32,000 nucleotides of DNA from Pseudocitrobacter vendiensis. Its GTDB lineage: Bacteria; Pseudomonadota; Gammaproteobacteria; Enterobacterales; Enterobacteriaceae. Both the position numbers and the translations under genes were made by a program. The notes beneath the pieces were generated by a model. That model ran no database searches, had not been told where the DNA came from, and was given only the letters and a program-made list of their open reading frames with translations. Below, piece by piece: positions 17,305-27,119 of the stretch. Every line of letters begins with the position of its first letter. Positions within the stretch are counted from its first letter, which is position 1. The DNA is taken from the NCBI RefSeq assembly GCF_943590815.1, contig NZ_CALSBS010000035.1:1-32000 (forward strand). Reading direction: 5' to 3'.

Positions 17305-19101
17305 GTGTTCCCCGCGCCAGCGGGGATAAACCGTTCATGCTGCAAGCTCCTGTTTGTGCTTAAACGTGTTCCCCGCGCCAGCGGGGATAAACCGCGGCGT
17401 GCGTCGATTATTATGCCTGAGGATCCGTGTTCCCCGCGCCAGCGGGGATAAACCGGAATCGTGAATCAGGGAAATGAGGACGCCCGAGTGTTCCCCGCGC
17501 CAGCGGGGATAAACCGTCGTAATCAGCAGGTTTTTGCGCAGATAAAGCGTGTTCCCCGCGCCAGCGGGGATAAACCGCCTGGAAGATAAATTTTTAGGTA
17601 TTCGGCTTTGTGTTCCCCGCGCCAGCGGGGATAAACCGCAGAACAAGCCGACGTGCGCAGACGTTGGCGCGTGTTCCCCGCGCCAGCGGGGATAAACCGG
17701 CGTGGCGTAACGGTCAATTAAAACTCCCGGAGTGTTCCCCGCGCCAGCGGGGATAAACCGTATACGTGGGGGTTGCGCCAGATATTGGCGCAGTGTTCCC
17801 CGCGCCAGCGGGGATAAACCGATCTCTGCAACTGATCGCGGTCAACTTCATACGTGTTCCCCGCGCCAGCGGGGATAAACCGTTTACTCCTGATAAATAT
17901 CTTTCAGTAAAGTGGTGTTCCCCGCGCCAGCGGGGATAAACCGTTGATCCAGATAATTTCCGCGCTATCGCTGAAGTGTTCCCCGCGCCAGCGGGGATAA
18001 ACCGAATTTCAGTCAGTCGTCTCCGCCTGGCGTGAAGTGTTCCCCGCGCCAGCGGGGATAAACCGCAGGGAATGAACCGCAGCGACGGCAAACCGCTGTG
18101 TTCCCCGCGCCAGCGGGGATAAACCGCTTACCAGCAAAACCACGGAGCCGCCGGGCGCGTGTTCCCCGCGCCAGCGGGGATAAACCGAAATAAATAAAAA
18201 AGCCTCTGGTGGTGTAGATGTGTTCCCCGCGCCAGCGGGGATAAACCGTGCATTGAGTCGCAAAATGTGCGGATCCGCGAGTGTTCCCCGCGCCAGCGGG
18301 GATAAACCGTGCCAACCGATACCGGCGGCTATACAATTCGTGTGTTCCCCGCGCCAGCGGGGATAAACCGATTTATCACACGTCGCCGAACGTTATTACC
18401 ACGTGTTCCCCGCGCCAGCGGGGATAAACCGGCCGGAGGCGGCGGAATATATCGGAATAGCGGCGAGTTCCCCGCGCCAGCGGGGATAAACCGTTCAATT
18501 GCAAATGACTGGCTTTGATGCGTCAGAGTTCCCCGCGCCAGCGGGGATAAACCGGCAGGTTGAGCTGCGTCTCGAGTGGAATGGCAGAGTTCCCCGCGTC
18601 AGCGGGGATAAACCGCGCTTAACGCCCTTTCCGGCATCACATTTGAAGAGTTCCCCGCGCCAGCGGGGATAAACCGCAGGGGCCGGTTGCCCGCGAGATA
18701 GTATCGCCGAGTTCCCCGCGCCAGCGGGGATAAACCGATGTAGATGAATCCACAGACGACTGGGAATACGAGTTCCCCGCGCCAGCGGGGATAAACCGTT
18801 GCTCGATGTGAAATTCTGGAACCGCAATTTGAGTTCCCCGCGCCAGCGGGGATAAACCGGCTCCCGCGACGACGTTATCGCCGCAACAAAAGAGTTCCCC
18901 GCGCCAGCGGGGATAAACCGGCTCCCGCGACGACGTTATCGCCGCAACAAAAGAGTTCCCCGCGCCAGCGGGGATAAACCGTGAGCTAACTGTATGAAAT
19001 TATAAGCATTACCGAGTTCCCCGCGCCAGCGGGAATAAACCGAGGCTTTCGTTACGTCCACCTGGCACAATCACGAGTTCCCCGTGCCGAACAAATACCC
19101 G
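17305..19101 (+). CRISPR. type I-E CRISPR array: 30 repeats (29 nt) and 29 spacers (28 of 32 nt, one of 33 nt)
   Basis: 61-nt periodicity. Repeats 1-19 are GTGTTCCCCGCGCCAGCGGGGATAAACCG (starts 17305...18403). Repeats 20-29 begin GAG (starts 18465...19014). The terminal repeat (19075-19101) is degenerate. Spacers 26 and 27 are identical. The leader-proximal end is next to cas2. Confidence 0.99.
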
Positions 19102-19192
19102 AATCCTTGTTAACGAATATCGTTCTGATCAATTTGTTACTCGGAGGGCGCTAGTGGCGTGTATGACGCACCGCGCGGTTCAATCTGATAAG

Positions 19193-19267
19193 TAAGCCGG
19201 ACGGGAGTCGAACCCGCATAAATGCCTGTGAAAACAGGCTCCATTTGACCATTAAACGTACCGGCTT
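19193..19267 (-). pseudogene. tRNA-like element / probable tRNA pseudogene with an abnormal anticodon loop
   Basis: The minus strand AAGCCGG-TA-CGTT-TAATGGTCA-AATG-..-GCCTG-TTTTCA-CAGGC-..-GCGGG-TTCGACT-CCCGT-CCGGCTT-A folds into a cloverleaf. It has a 7-bp acceptor stem, U8, a GG-containing D-loop and a TTCGACT T-loop. The anticodon loop is 6 nt (or 8 nt with a 4-bp stem) instead of 7. Confidence 0.45.
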
Positions 19268-19365
19268 CGGAGAGTATAAAAATTACACGAGAAGCGCTCA
19301 ATACTGCTGGGTTTCAATATGTTAAGGAAGTTTCCCTAACGACAATCCACCTCATAGATCTCAAG

Positions 19366-19387
19366 CAGTCCGGAACCGGACTGTTTT
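19366..19387. terminator. hairpin terminator between the array/tRNA-like region and the iap 3' end
   Basis: CAGTCCGG-AA-CCGGACTG is followed by TTTT on the plus strand. It lies 15 nt downstream of the iap stop on the minus strand. Confidence 0.55.
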
Positions 19388-19401
19388 GCCAGTTCTCCAA
19401 C

Positions 19402-20445
19402 CTAAACCTTCCCCGCCTTTGCCAGTTCCTTCACCAGCGGCATCATCACCTTCACTACATCACGGCTGCGGCGTTCTATTCTGCCCGGTAGGGCTTTATC
19501 AAGATACTGCTGATTATCCAGCCGTGCGTCGTGCCAGCTGTTCCCTTCCGGGAAGCTGCGCGTTTTGGCACGTTGCTGATAACCATCTTTTTTCCCTAAC
19601 GACCAGTTCGTGGCTTCGACAGACAACACGGGAATACCCGCGTTATCAAACACCTCAGCGTCATTACAGCAACCAATACCTTTTGGATAATCAGGATTCA
19701 AACCTGGGTTGGGAAAGGCGGAAATACCCTTGCTGCGCGCAATTGCCAGCGCGCGGTCACGCGTAAGTTTTCGTACCGACGCCGGGGTTTTGACGCCGCT
19801 ATTGAAATAGAGTTTATCGCCGACGACCAGATTATCGAGGTTGATAACCAGCAGCGTATTTTTCTTCTCGGCGGCGCTCATGCGTTTGAGCAGATTCTCC
19901 GCGCCCAGCTTGCCTTCTTCCTCGCCGCTGGTCGCAACGAAGCGAATGCCGTACTCCGTCGGCACGTCTTTCAGACGCTCTGCCAGCTCAAGCATCACGC
20001 CCAATCCCATCGCGTTATCATCAATACCCTGAAGCGTCAGCCCGCCGAGATTATTTTCGACATCGCCATCGTTTTGCGGCGCATAGGTGTCCAGATGCGC
20101 CATCACAATAATCTGCTGCTGCGATTTACCTTCATGCGCCGCGATAACGGTGCTGCCAATCACGTTATGCCAGTTCTGACGGTTATTTTTGGCGGTGTAG
20201 ATATAGCGGCTGTGGAACGTGCGGATATCGCTTTGATAACCCATTTTGGCAAACTGCTGACGCAAATAATCTGCCGACAGCATCTCTGCCGGTGTGCCGG
20301 TAATACGGCCAGGGAAATAGGTTGCGATATAGCGAGCCTGGGTGTTTGCGATAGAACCGGGCGACGTCGTTGTCGCCAGTACCGGGAAGGCAGAGCATAC
20401 GCCAAGCGCCAGTGCAAAGAGGCGGCGACGCAGTGCGGAAGACAT
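19402..20445 (-). CDS. iap: alkaline phosphatase isozyme conversion aminopeptidase (M28 family)
   Basis: The start at MSSALRRRLFALALGVCSAFPVLA (signal peptide) is chosen by homology to E. coli Iap (about 345 aa). AAGGA lies upstream of ATG 20445. Conserved blocks include IRFVATSGEEEGKLGAENLLKRMS and NSWHD.RLDN. Confidence 0.9.
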   Translation of the reverse strand: MSSALRRRLFALALGVCSAFPVLATTTSPGSIANTQARYIATYFPGRITGTPAEMLSADYLRQQFAKMGYQSDIRTFHSRYIYTAKNNRQNWHNVIGSTVIAAHEGKSQQQIIVMAHLDTYAPQNDGDVENNLGGLTLQGIDDNAMGLGVMLELAERLKDVPTEYGIRFVATSGEEEGKLGAENLLKRMSAAEKKNTLLVINLDNLVVGDKLYFNSGVKTPASVRKLTRDRALAIARSKGISAFPNPGLNPDYPKGIGCCNDAEVFDNAGIPVLSVEATNWSLGKKDGYQQRAKTRSFPEGNSWHDARLDNQQYLDKALPGRIERRSRDVVKVMMPLVKELAKAGKV

Positions 20446-20684
20446 AGGGAAATCCTTTAAACAATGCAAAAAATTAGACGCAGCCAGTATGAAACCGAGG
20501 CGGTAAATACACAATTTCATTTCTTCTTAAATGCCCAAAAAAGAGGGTGTTAAGCACTTTTTGATCTTTGCTTTTTCAGGTTGTTATTCCTTTGAGGAAC
20601 TACTCATTCCATTTCGTAATTTCATTTGCACTATGGGGCACCCTATAGTCCCCCTATGACTGATTGTTAGTGAGTTGTAACTCT

Positions 20685-22100
20685 GTGGATTATCTGCCCC
20701 TTTTTGCCGCTGTGAAGGACCGCACTGCCCTGGTGGTGGGCGGTGATGACACTGCTGCTCGTAAGATTACGTTTCTGCTTCGCGCGGGGGCTAACGTTCA
20801 GGTCGTGAGCGAAATGCTGTGCGACGAGTTGGCGGCTCTGGTGGCGGATAACAAGATCGCATGGCTGGCAGACACTTTTCAGGAAACACAGCTCGATAGC
20901 GTTTTCCTCGTGATTGCCGCCACTGAAAATACTGCTCTCAATCAGCGCATTTATGATGCGGCAAATGCCCGTCAGCGGTTGGTGAATGTGGTGGATAGCC
21001 CATCGCAGTGCTCCTTTATTTTCCCGTCCATTGTCGACAGATCGCCACTGCTGGTGGCGATCTCATCTGGAGGCACCGCGCCGGTGCTGGCGCGCATCCT
21101 GCGCGAAAAAATAGAAGCACTGTTGCCAACGCGTTTAGGCCTGTTGGCTGAAGCGGCCAGTTACTGGCGTCATGCGATTAAAACGCACCTGAAAACCACC
21201 GACGAACGCCGTCGATTCTGGGAGCGCGTGTTCCGTGGTCGTATTGCCAACATGTTGCTTGCCGGCAATCAGCAGGCGGCGGAAGCGGCATTACAGGACG
21301 AGTTGTCCCAGCCTCAGCGACGTGTGGGCGAGATTATTCTGGTGGGCGCAGGGCCGGGTGATGCCGGGCTGCTGACGCTGCGCGGGCTTCAGGTTATTCA
21401 GCAGGCGGATATCGTTTTCTACGATCATCTGGTCAGCGATGCCGTACTCGAACTGATTCGCCGCGACGCGGAGCGGGTGTGTGTGGGTAAACGCGCAGGC
21501 GCCACCTCCGTTCCTCAACACGAAACCAATCGCCTGCTGGTTGACGCGGCGCGAGAAGGCAAAAACGTGGTGCGTCTTAAAGGGGGTGACCCGTTTATTT
21601 TCGGGCGCGGCGGCGAAGAACTTCAGGCGGCAGCAGAAGCGGGAATTCCTTTCCAGGTCGTCCCTGGCGTGACGGCAGCCGCAGGCGCAACGGCATATGC
21701 GGGTATCCCGCTAACCCACCGCGACTACGCGCAAAGCGTCACTTTCGTCACCGGGCACTACAAAGCGGACAGCACGCCCTTTGACTGGAAACAACTGGCG
21801 CAAAGCCGTCAGACGCTGGCGATTTATATGGGCACCATGAAAGCGGCGGAAATTAGCCAACAACTGATTCAACACGGACGCGATAGTGAAACGCCAGTGG
21901 CGGTAATTTCGCGCGGTACGCGTGCGGACCAACAGATAAAAACAGGCACCCTGCAACAACTCGAAAACCTGGCGAAAGAGGCCCCCATGCCAGCACTGCT
22001 GGTGGTCGGCGAAGTGGTGGAACTGCATCACCAGCTCACCTGGTTTCAACACACAACAGACTCAGAAAATTTCGATTCTTCTGTAGTGAATCTGGCTTAA
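20685..22100 (+). CDS. cysG: siroheme synthase (CysG-like; precorrin-2 dehydrogenase/ferrochelatase plus uroporphyrinogen-III methyltransferase)
   Basis: The C-terminal methyltransferase motifs [15 protein letters not shown] and [13 protein letters not shown] and the N-terminal domain are collinear with E. coli CysG. GTG 20685 (VDYLPLF versus MDHLPIF) is chosen by homology; TTG 20664 and GTG 20670 are alternatives. The stop lies 9 nt before cysD. Confidence 0.85.
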   Translation: MDYLPLFAAVKDRTALVVGGDDTAARKITFLLRAGANVQVVSEMLCDELAALVADNKIAWLADTFQETQLDSVFLVIAATENTALNQRIYDAANARQRLVNVVDSPSQCSFIFPSIVDRSPLLVAISSGGTAPVLARILREKIEALLPTRLGLLAEAASYWRHAIKTHLKTTDERRRFWERVFRGRIANMLLAGNQQAAEAALQDELSQPQRRVGEIILVGAGPGDAGLLTLRGLQVIQQADIVFYDHLVSDAVLELIRRDAERVCVGKRAGATSVPQHETNRLLVDAAREGKNVVRLKGGDPFIFGRGGEELQAAAEAGIPFQVVPGVTAAAGATAYAGIPLTHRDYAQSVTFVTGHYKADSTPFDWKQLAQSRQTLAIYMGTMKAAEISQQLIQHGRDSETPVAVISRGTRADQQIKTGTLQQLENLAKEAPMPALLVVGEVVELHHQLTWFQHTTDSENFDSSVVNLA

Positions 22101-22109
22101 GGAACGGTT

Positions 22110-23018
22110 ATGGACCAAAAACGACTCACTCACCTGCGGCAACTGGAGGCGGAAAGCATCCATATCATCCGTGAGGTGGCCGCCGAATTCGCCAACCCGG
22201 TCATGATGTATTCGATCGGCAAGGACTCCAGCGTGATGCTGCACCTGGCGCGTAAAGCGTTCTATCCGGGAACCCTGCCGTTCCCGCTGCTGCACGTAGA
22301 TACCGGCTGGAAATTCCGTGAGATGTACGAGTTCCGCGACCGTACCGCGAAAGCCTATGGCTGTGAGCTGCTGGTGCATAAAAACCCGGAAGGCGTGGCG
22401 ATGGGGATCAACCCGTTCGTGCACGGCAGCGCCAAGCACACCGATATCATGAAAACCGAAGGCCTGAAACAGGCGCTGAATAAATACGGTTTTGACGCCG
22501 CGTTCGGCGGGGCGCGTCGCGATGAAGAGAAGTCGCGTGCCAAAGAGCGTATCTACTCTTTCCGCGACCGTTTCCACCGCTGGGACCCGAAAAATCAGCG
22601 CCCGGAGCTGTGGCACAACTACAACGGTCAGATCAACAAAGGCGAAAGCATCCGCGTCTTCCCGCTCTCCAACTGGACCGAGCTGGATATCTGGCAGTAT
22701 ATCTATCTGGAAAATATCGAGATTGTTCCGCTGTATCTGGCGGCAGAGCGCCCGGTGCTGGAGCGCGACGGCATGCTGATGATGATCGATGACGATCGCA
22801 TCGATTTACAGCCGGGTGAGGTTATTAAAAAACGCATGGTGCGCTTCCGTACCCTCGGCTGCTGGCCGCTGACCGGCGCAGTAGAATCCGATGCGCAGAC
22901 GCTGCCGGAAATCATCGAAGAGATGCTGGTTTCGACCACCAGTGAGCGTCAGGGCCGCGTGATTGACCGCGACCAGGCAGGCTCGATGGAGCTTAAAAAA
23001 CGTCAGGGTTATTTCTAA
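22110..23018 (+). CDS. cysD: sulfate adenylyltransferase subunit 2
   Basis: 302 aa, [27 protein letters not shown]..., PAPS-reductase-like fold, essentially E. coli CysD. Confidence 0.97.
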   Translation: MDQKRLTHLRQLEAESIHIIREVAAEFANPVMMYSIGKDSSVMLHLARKAFYPGTLPFPLLHVDTGWKFREMYEFRDRTAKAYGCELLVHKNPEGVAMGINPFVHGSAKHTDIMKTEGLKQALNKYGFDAAFGGARRDEEKSRAKERIYSFRDRFHRWDPKNQRPELWHNYNGQINKGESIRVFPLSNWTELDIWQYIYLENIEIVPLYLAAERPVLERDGMLMMIDDDRIDLQPGEVIKKRMVRFRTLGCWPLTGAVESDAQTLPEIIEEMLVSTTSERQGRVIDRDQAGSMELKKRQGYF

Positions 23019-23027
23019 GGAGCCGCC

Positions 23028-24455
23028 ATGAACAGTTCAATTGCACAACAAATTGCGGATGAAGGCGGCGTTGAAGCGTACCTGCACGCCCAGCAACACA
23101 AAAGCCTGCTGCGTTTTCTGACCTGCGGCAGCGTGGATGACGGCAAAAGTACGCTGATTGGCCGTTTGCTGCACGATACCCGTCAGATTTATGAAGATCA
23201 GCTCTCTTCGCTGCACAATGACAGTAAACGTCACGGTACGCAGGGTGAGCGTCTGGATCTGGCGTTGCTGGTCGATGGCCTTCAGGCTGAACGCGAGCAG
23301 GGCATTACCATTGATGTGGCGTATCGCTATTTCTCTACTGAGAAGCGCAAATTTATTATTGCCGATACCCCTGGGCACGAGCAGTACACCCGTAACATGG
23401 CGACCGGCGCGTCAACCTGCGACCTGGCGATCCTGCTGATCGACGCGCGTAAAGGCGTGCTCGATCAAACCCGCCGCCACAGTTTTATCTCCACGTTGCT
23501 TGGGATCAAACATCTGGTGGTGGCGGTCAACAAAATGGATCTCGTGGAATTCAGCGAAGAGAAGTTTGAGCAGATCCGTCAGGACTATCTGACCTTTGCC
23601 GAACAGTTACCCGGCAACCTGGACATTCGCTTCGTGCCGCTGTCGGCGCTGGAAGGGGATAACGTTGCCAGTCAGAGTGAAAAAATGCCGTGGTACAGCG
23701 GCCCGACGCTGCTGGAAGTGCTCGAAACCGTGCAGATTCAGCGTGTGGTCGACACTCAGCCAATGCGTTTCCCGGTGCAGTATGTGAACCGCCCGAACCT
23801 CGATTTCCGCGGATTCTCCGGCACGCTGGCTTCGGGTCATGTTCAGGTTGGGCAACGCATTAAAGTGCTGCCGTCAGGCGTGGAATCTTCCATCGCACGC
23901 ATTGTCACCTTCGATGGCGACTTGCAGGAGGCGTTTGCCGGCGAAGCCGTGACGCTGGTGCTGAAGGACGAAATCGACATCAGCCGTGGCGACCTGCTGC
24001 TGGATGCCACCGAAACGCTGCCGGCTGTGCAGAGCGCATCCGTGGATGTGGTGTGGATGGCGGAGCAACCGCTGGCGGCGGGCCAGAGCTATGACATTAA
24101 AATCGCAGGCAAGAAAACCCGCGCCCGCGTGGACGGTATTCAGTATCAGGTGGATATCAATAACCTGACCCAGCGTGACGTTGATAACCTGCCGCTGAAC
24201 GGGATTGGCCTTGTGGATCTGACCTTTGATGAACCGCTGGTGCTGGATAAATACCAGCAAAACCCGGTGACCGGCGGCCTTATCTTCATTGATCGTCTGA
24301 CCAACGTCACGGTGGGCGCTGGCATGGTGCGCGAACCGAATATCACCTCTACGGCTGTGGCTTCGGAATTCAGCGCCTTTGAGCTGGAACTCAACGCGCT
24401 GGTGCGTAAACACTTCCCACACTGGGGCGCGCGTGACCTGCTGGGAGGCAAGTGA
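23028..24455 (+). CDS. cysN: sulfate adenylyltransferase subunit 1 (GTPase)
   Basis: 475 aa. GTPase motifs [14 protein letters not shown] and NKMD. Confidence 0.97.
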   Translation: MNSSIAQQIADEGGVEAYLHAQQHKSLLRFLTCGSVDDGKSTLIGRLLHDTRQIYEDQLSSLHNDSKRHGTQGERLDLALLVDGLQAEREQGITIDVAYRYFSTEKRKFIIADTPGHEQYTRNMATGASTCDLAILLIDARKGVLDQTRRHSFISTLLGIKHLVVAVNKMDLVEFSEEKFEQIRQDYLTFAEQLPGNLDIRFVPLSALEGDNVASQSEKMPWYSGPTLLEVLETVQIQRVVDTQPMRFPVQYVNRPNLDFRGFSGTLASGHVQVGQRIKVLPSGVESSIARIVTFDGDLQEAFAGEAVTLVLKDEIDISRGDLLLDATETLPAVQSASVDVVWMAEQPLAAGQSYDIKIAGKKTRARVDGIQYQVDINNLTQRDVDNLPLNGIGLVDLTFDEPLVLDKYQQNPVTGGLIFIDRLTNVTVGAGMVREPNITSTAVASEFSAFELELNALVRKHFPHWGARDLLGGK

Positions 24456-25060
24456 TGGCGGTGCATGACGAAAACGTCGTCTGGCACGCTCATCCGGTCA
24501 CCGCACAACAGCGTGAGCAACTCCACGGTCATCGTGGGGTTGTGCTGTGGTTTACCGGGCTTTCGGGCTCGGGTAAATCGACCGTTGCCGGGGCGCTGGA
24601 AGAAGCGTTGCATAAGCTTGGCGTCAGCACTTATCTGCTGGATGGCGACAACGTGCGTCACGGTTTGTGCAGCGATCTGGGTTTTAGCGATGACGATCGC
24701 AAAGAGAATATCCGTCGGGTGGGCGAAGTGGCTAACCTGATGGTAGATGCCGGGCTGGTAGTTTTAACGGCGTTTATCTCTCCGCATCGTGCTGAGCGTC
24801 AGATGGTGCGCGAGCGAGTGGGGGAAGGGCGCTTTATCGAAGTGTTTGTTGATACGCCGCTTGATACCTGCGAGGCCCGCGATCCCAAAGGCTTATACAA
24901 GAAAGCGCGTGCCGGTGAACTGCGCAATTTCACCGGTATTGATTCAGTCTATGAATCCCCTGAGCGTCCTGAAATCCACCTCGATGGTGAACAATTGGTA
25001 ACAAATTTAGTGGACCAAATGTTAGACCTGCTGAGACAGGACGATATCATCAGATCCTGA
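24455..25060 (+). CDS. cysC: adenylylsulfate (APS) kinase
   Basis: 201 aa from ATG 24455, which overlaps the cysN TGA by 1 nt. P-loop GLSGSGKST. Starts [11 protein letters not shown] like E. coli CysC. Confidence 0.96.
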   Translation: MAVHDENVVWHAHPVTAQQREQLHGHRGVVLWFTGLSGSGKSTVAGALEEALHKLGVSTYLLDGDNVRHGLCSDLGFSDDDRKENIRRVGEVANLMVDAGLVVLTAFISPHRAERQMVRERVGEGRFIEVFVDTPLDTCEARDPKGLYKKARAGELRNFTGIDSVYESPERPEIHLDGEQLVTNLVDQMLDLLRQDDIIRS

Positions 25061-25103
25061 GAGAGTGCCGGGCGTATCGTTGCCTGGCCTGACAGGATTA
25101 ACT

Positions 25104-25430
25104 ATGCGCAATACTCAAAACATCAGCCTGACGCGTTCAGAGTCCATCCCCCCGCCCGATGACGAAACCACCTGGTCTTTGTCAGGCGCCACCGTGGGTT
25201 TCGTCGCCTGGCTGATTGCATTGGGTATTCCCTACCTTTGGTATGGTAATAACACCCTATTCTTCTTCCTCTATACCTGGCCTTTCTTCCTTGCGCTGAT
25301 GCCCGTTGCCGTGGTGGTTGGCGTGGCAATCCACTCGCTGGTGAACAGTAAATTGCGCTACAGTATTATCGCAACGTTGCTTACCGTCGCCGCATTGTGC
25401 GGTCTATTATTTCTATGGTTGATGGGCTAA
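25104..25430 (+). CDS. ygbE: inner membrane protein YgbE
   Basis: Start at MRNTQNISL chosen by homology to E. coli YgbE (about 107 aa). Conserved block NTLFFF.YTWPFFLALMPVAVVVG. Confidence 0.85.
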   Translation: MRNTQNISLTRSESIPPPDDETTWSLSGATVGFVAWLIALGIPYLWYGNNTLFFFLYTWPFFLALMPVAVVVGVAIHSLVNSKLRYSIIATLLTVAALCGLLFLWLMG

Positions 25431-25593
25431 GCCTGACGTTTTTTGTGAAAATCCGCACAATCGCCCGACAACGAGACATAAGTATCGGCAGGCAAAATGT
25501 GATACATTGCCCGCGTGACGCGGTATCGTCCGCAGCCGGCGTAGAGTACGACGGCAAGTTTTGGGATGATGATGCCGTTTTTCAGGGGGCAGG

Positions 25594-25905
25594 ATGGGTA
25601 AATTAACGCTGCTATTACTGGCTTTGCTGGTGTGGTTGCAGTATTCACTGTGGTTCGGCAAAAATGGTCTGCATGACTTTAGCCGTGTCCGTGATGACGT
25701 GTCAGTACAAGAGGCGACTAACGCCAAATTAAAAGCGCGCAACGATCAGCTTTTCGCCGAAATTGATGACCTTAACGGCGGCCAGGAAGCTATCGAAGAA
25801 CGCGCACGCAATGAACTCAGCATGACGAAACCGGGTGAAACCTTCTACCGTCTGGTGCCGGATGCGTCGAAACGTAATCAGAGTTCAGGGCAAACAAACC
25901 GATAA
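25594..25905 (+). CDS. ftsB: cell division protein FtsB
   Basis: 103 aa, [25 protein letters not shown]..., a single TM helix plus coiled coil. Confidence 0.95.
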   Translation: MGKLTLLLLALLVWLQYSLWFGKNGLHDFSRVRDDVSVQEATNAKLKARNDQLFAEIDDLNGGQEAIEERARNELSMTKPGETFYRLVPDASKRNQSSGQTNR

Positions 25906-25929
25906 ACAAAATAAGCCCAGGGTTAACAC

Positions 25930-26640
25930 ATGGCAGCAACTTTTCCGGGCGTTTGCGCCGTGGTTCCGGCGGCCGGATTTGGTCGCCGCATGCAAACGGA
26001 CTGCCCGAAACAATATCTCTCAATCGGTAACAAAACGATTCTCGAACATTCGGTGGATGCGCTGCTGGCAAATGCGCGTGTCCAGCGGGTGATCATCGCC
26101 GTCTCTCCCGGAGACGAGCGCTTCAGCCAACTCTCTCTGGCACAGCATCCGCAAATCACCGTCGTTGACGGCGGCGCCGAACGTGCCGATTCTGTGCTTT
26201 CTGGCCTGAAAGCCGCAGGGGATGCCGACTGGGTGCTGGTGCACGATGCTGCACGCCCTTGTCTGCATCATGATGATCTGGCGCGTCTGTTGGCGCTGTG
26301 CGAAACCAGCCGCGTTGGCGGTATTCTGGCCGCGCCGGTGCGCGATACCATGAAACGCGCGGAGCCCGGCAAACCGACTATCGCCCATACGGTTGACCGC
26401 AACGATCTGTGGCACGCCCTGACACCGCAGTTTTTCCCCCGCGAATTACTCTTCGATTGCCTTACCCGGGCGCTCAACGAAGGCGCGACCATCACCGATG
26501 AAGCATCAGCACTGGAATATTGTGGTTTCCATCCGGCGCTGGTTGCCGGACGCGCTGATAATATTAAAGTGACACGCCCGGAAGATCTGGCGCTGGCAGA
26601 ATTTTACCTCACCCGATCGGGACACCAGGAGAAAGCATAA
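25930..26640 (+). CDS. ispD: 2-C-methyl-D-erythritol 4-phosphate cytidylyltransferase
   Basis: 236 aa. The [11 protein letters not shown] motif is typical of IspD. Its stop overlaps the ispF start. Confidence 0.96.
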   Translation: MAATFPGVCAVVPAAGFGRRMQTDCPKQYLSIGNKTILEHSVDALLANARVQRVIIAVSPGDERFSQLSLAQHPQITVVDGGAERADSVLSGLKAAGDADWVLVHDAARPCLHHDDLARLLALCETSRVGGILAAPVRDTMKRAEPGKPTIAHTVDRNDLWHALTPQFFPRELLFDCLTRALNEGATITDEASALEYCGFHPALVAGRADNIKVTRPEDLALAEFYLTRSGHQEKA

Positions 26641-27119
26641 TGCGAATTGGACACGGTTTTGATGTACACGCGTTTGGCGGCGAAGGGCCGATTATTATCG
26701 GCGGCGTGCGCATCCCTTACGAGAAAGGGCTGCTCGCCCACTCGGACGGCGACGTCGCGCTCCATGCGCTGACCGATGCCCTGCTTGGCGCGGCGGCACT
26801 GGGCGATATTGGGAAACTTTTCCCGGACACCGACCCGGCGTTCAAAGGCGCAGACAGCCGCGCACTGCTGCGCGAAGCCTGGAAACGCGTGCAGGCGAAG
26901 GGCTACACCCTGAGCAACGTCGATGTCACTATCATTGCGCAGGCACCGAAAATGCTGCCGCACATCCCGCAAATGCGTGTCTTTATCGCTGAAGATCTTG
27001 GCTGCCATATGGATGACGTTAACGTAAAAGCGACCACCACTGAAAAACTCGGTTTTACCGGGCGCGGTGAAGGCATCGCCTGCGAAGCGGTCGCTCTGTT
27101 GTATAAGGCAAACAAATGA
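26640..27119 (+). CDS. ispF: 2-C-methyl-D-erythritol 2,4-cyclodiphosphate synthase
   Basis: 159 aa, [13 protein letters not shown]...[10 protein letters not shown], the IspF signature. Confidence 0.97.
   Translation: MRIGHGFDVHAFGGEGPIIIGGVRIPYEKGLLAHSDGDVALHALTDALLGAAALGDIGKLFPDTDPAFKGADSRALLREAWKRVQAKGYTLSNVDVTIIAQAPKMLPHIPQMRVFIAEDLGCHMDDVNVKATTTEKLGFTGRGEGIACEAVALLYKANK

Noticed and set aside
17463-17473. An 11-nt identity (GAATCAGGGAA) between array spacer 3 and the psiR2 hairpin region (11088..11098).
   Set aside because: Matches of this length between 29 spacers and a 32-kb window on both strands are expected by chance. There is no PAM context and the match does not extend.
17335-18827. 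A series of 60-125-aa ORFs on both strands across the CRISPR array, with recurring peptides ([27 protein letters not shown]).
   Set aside because: They are translations of the 29-nt repeat in different frames, repeating every 61 nt. This is an ORF-caller artefact, not coding sequence.
25397-25742. Short ORFs on both strands in the ygbE-ftsB intergenic region and the ftsB 5' end.
   Set aside because: They overlap ygbE or ftsB or the promoter region, and have no SD or family signal. This is ordinary intergenic sequence.
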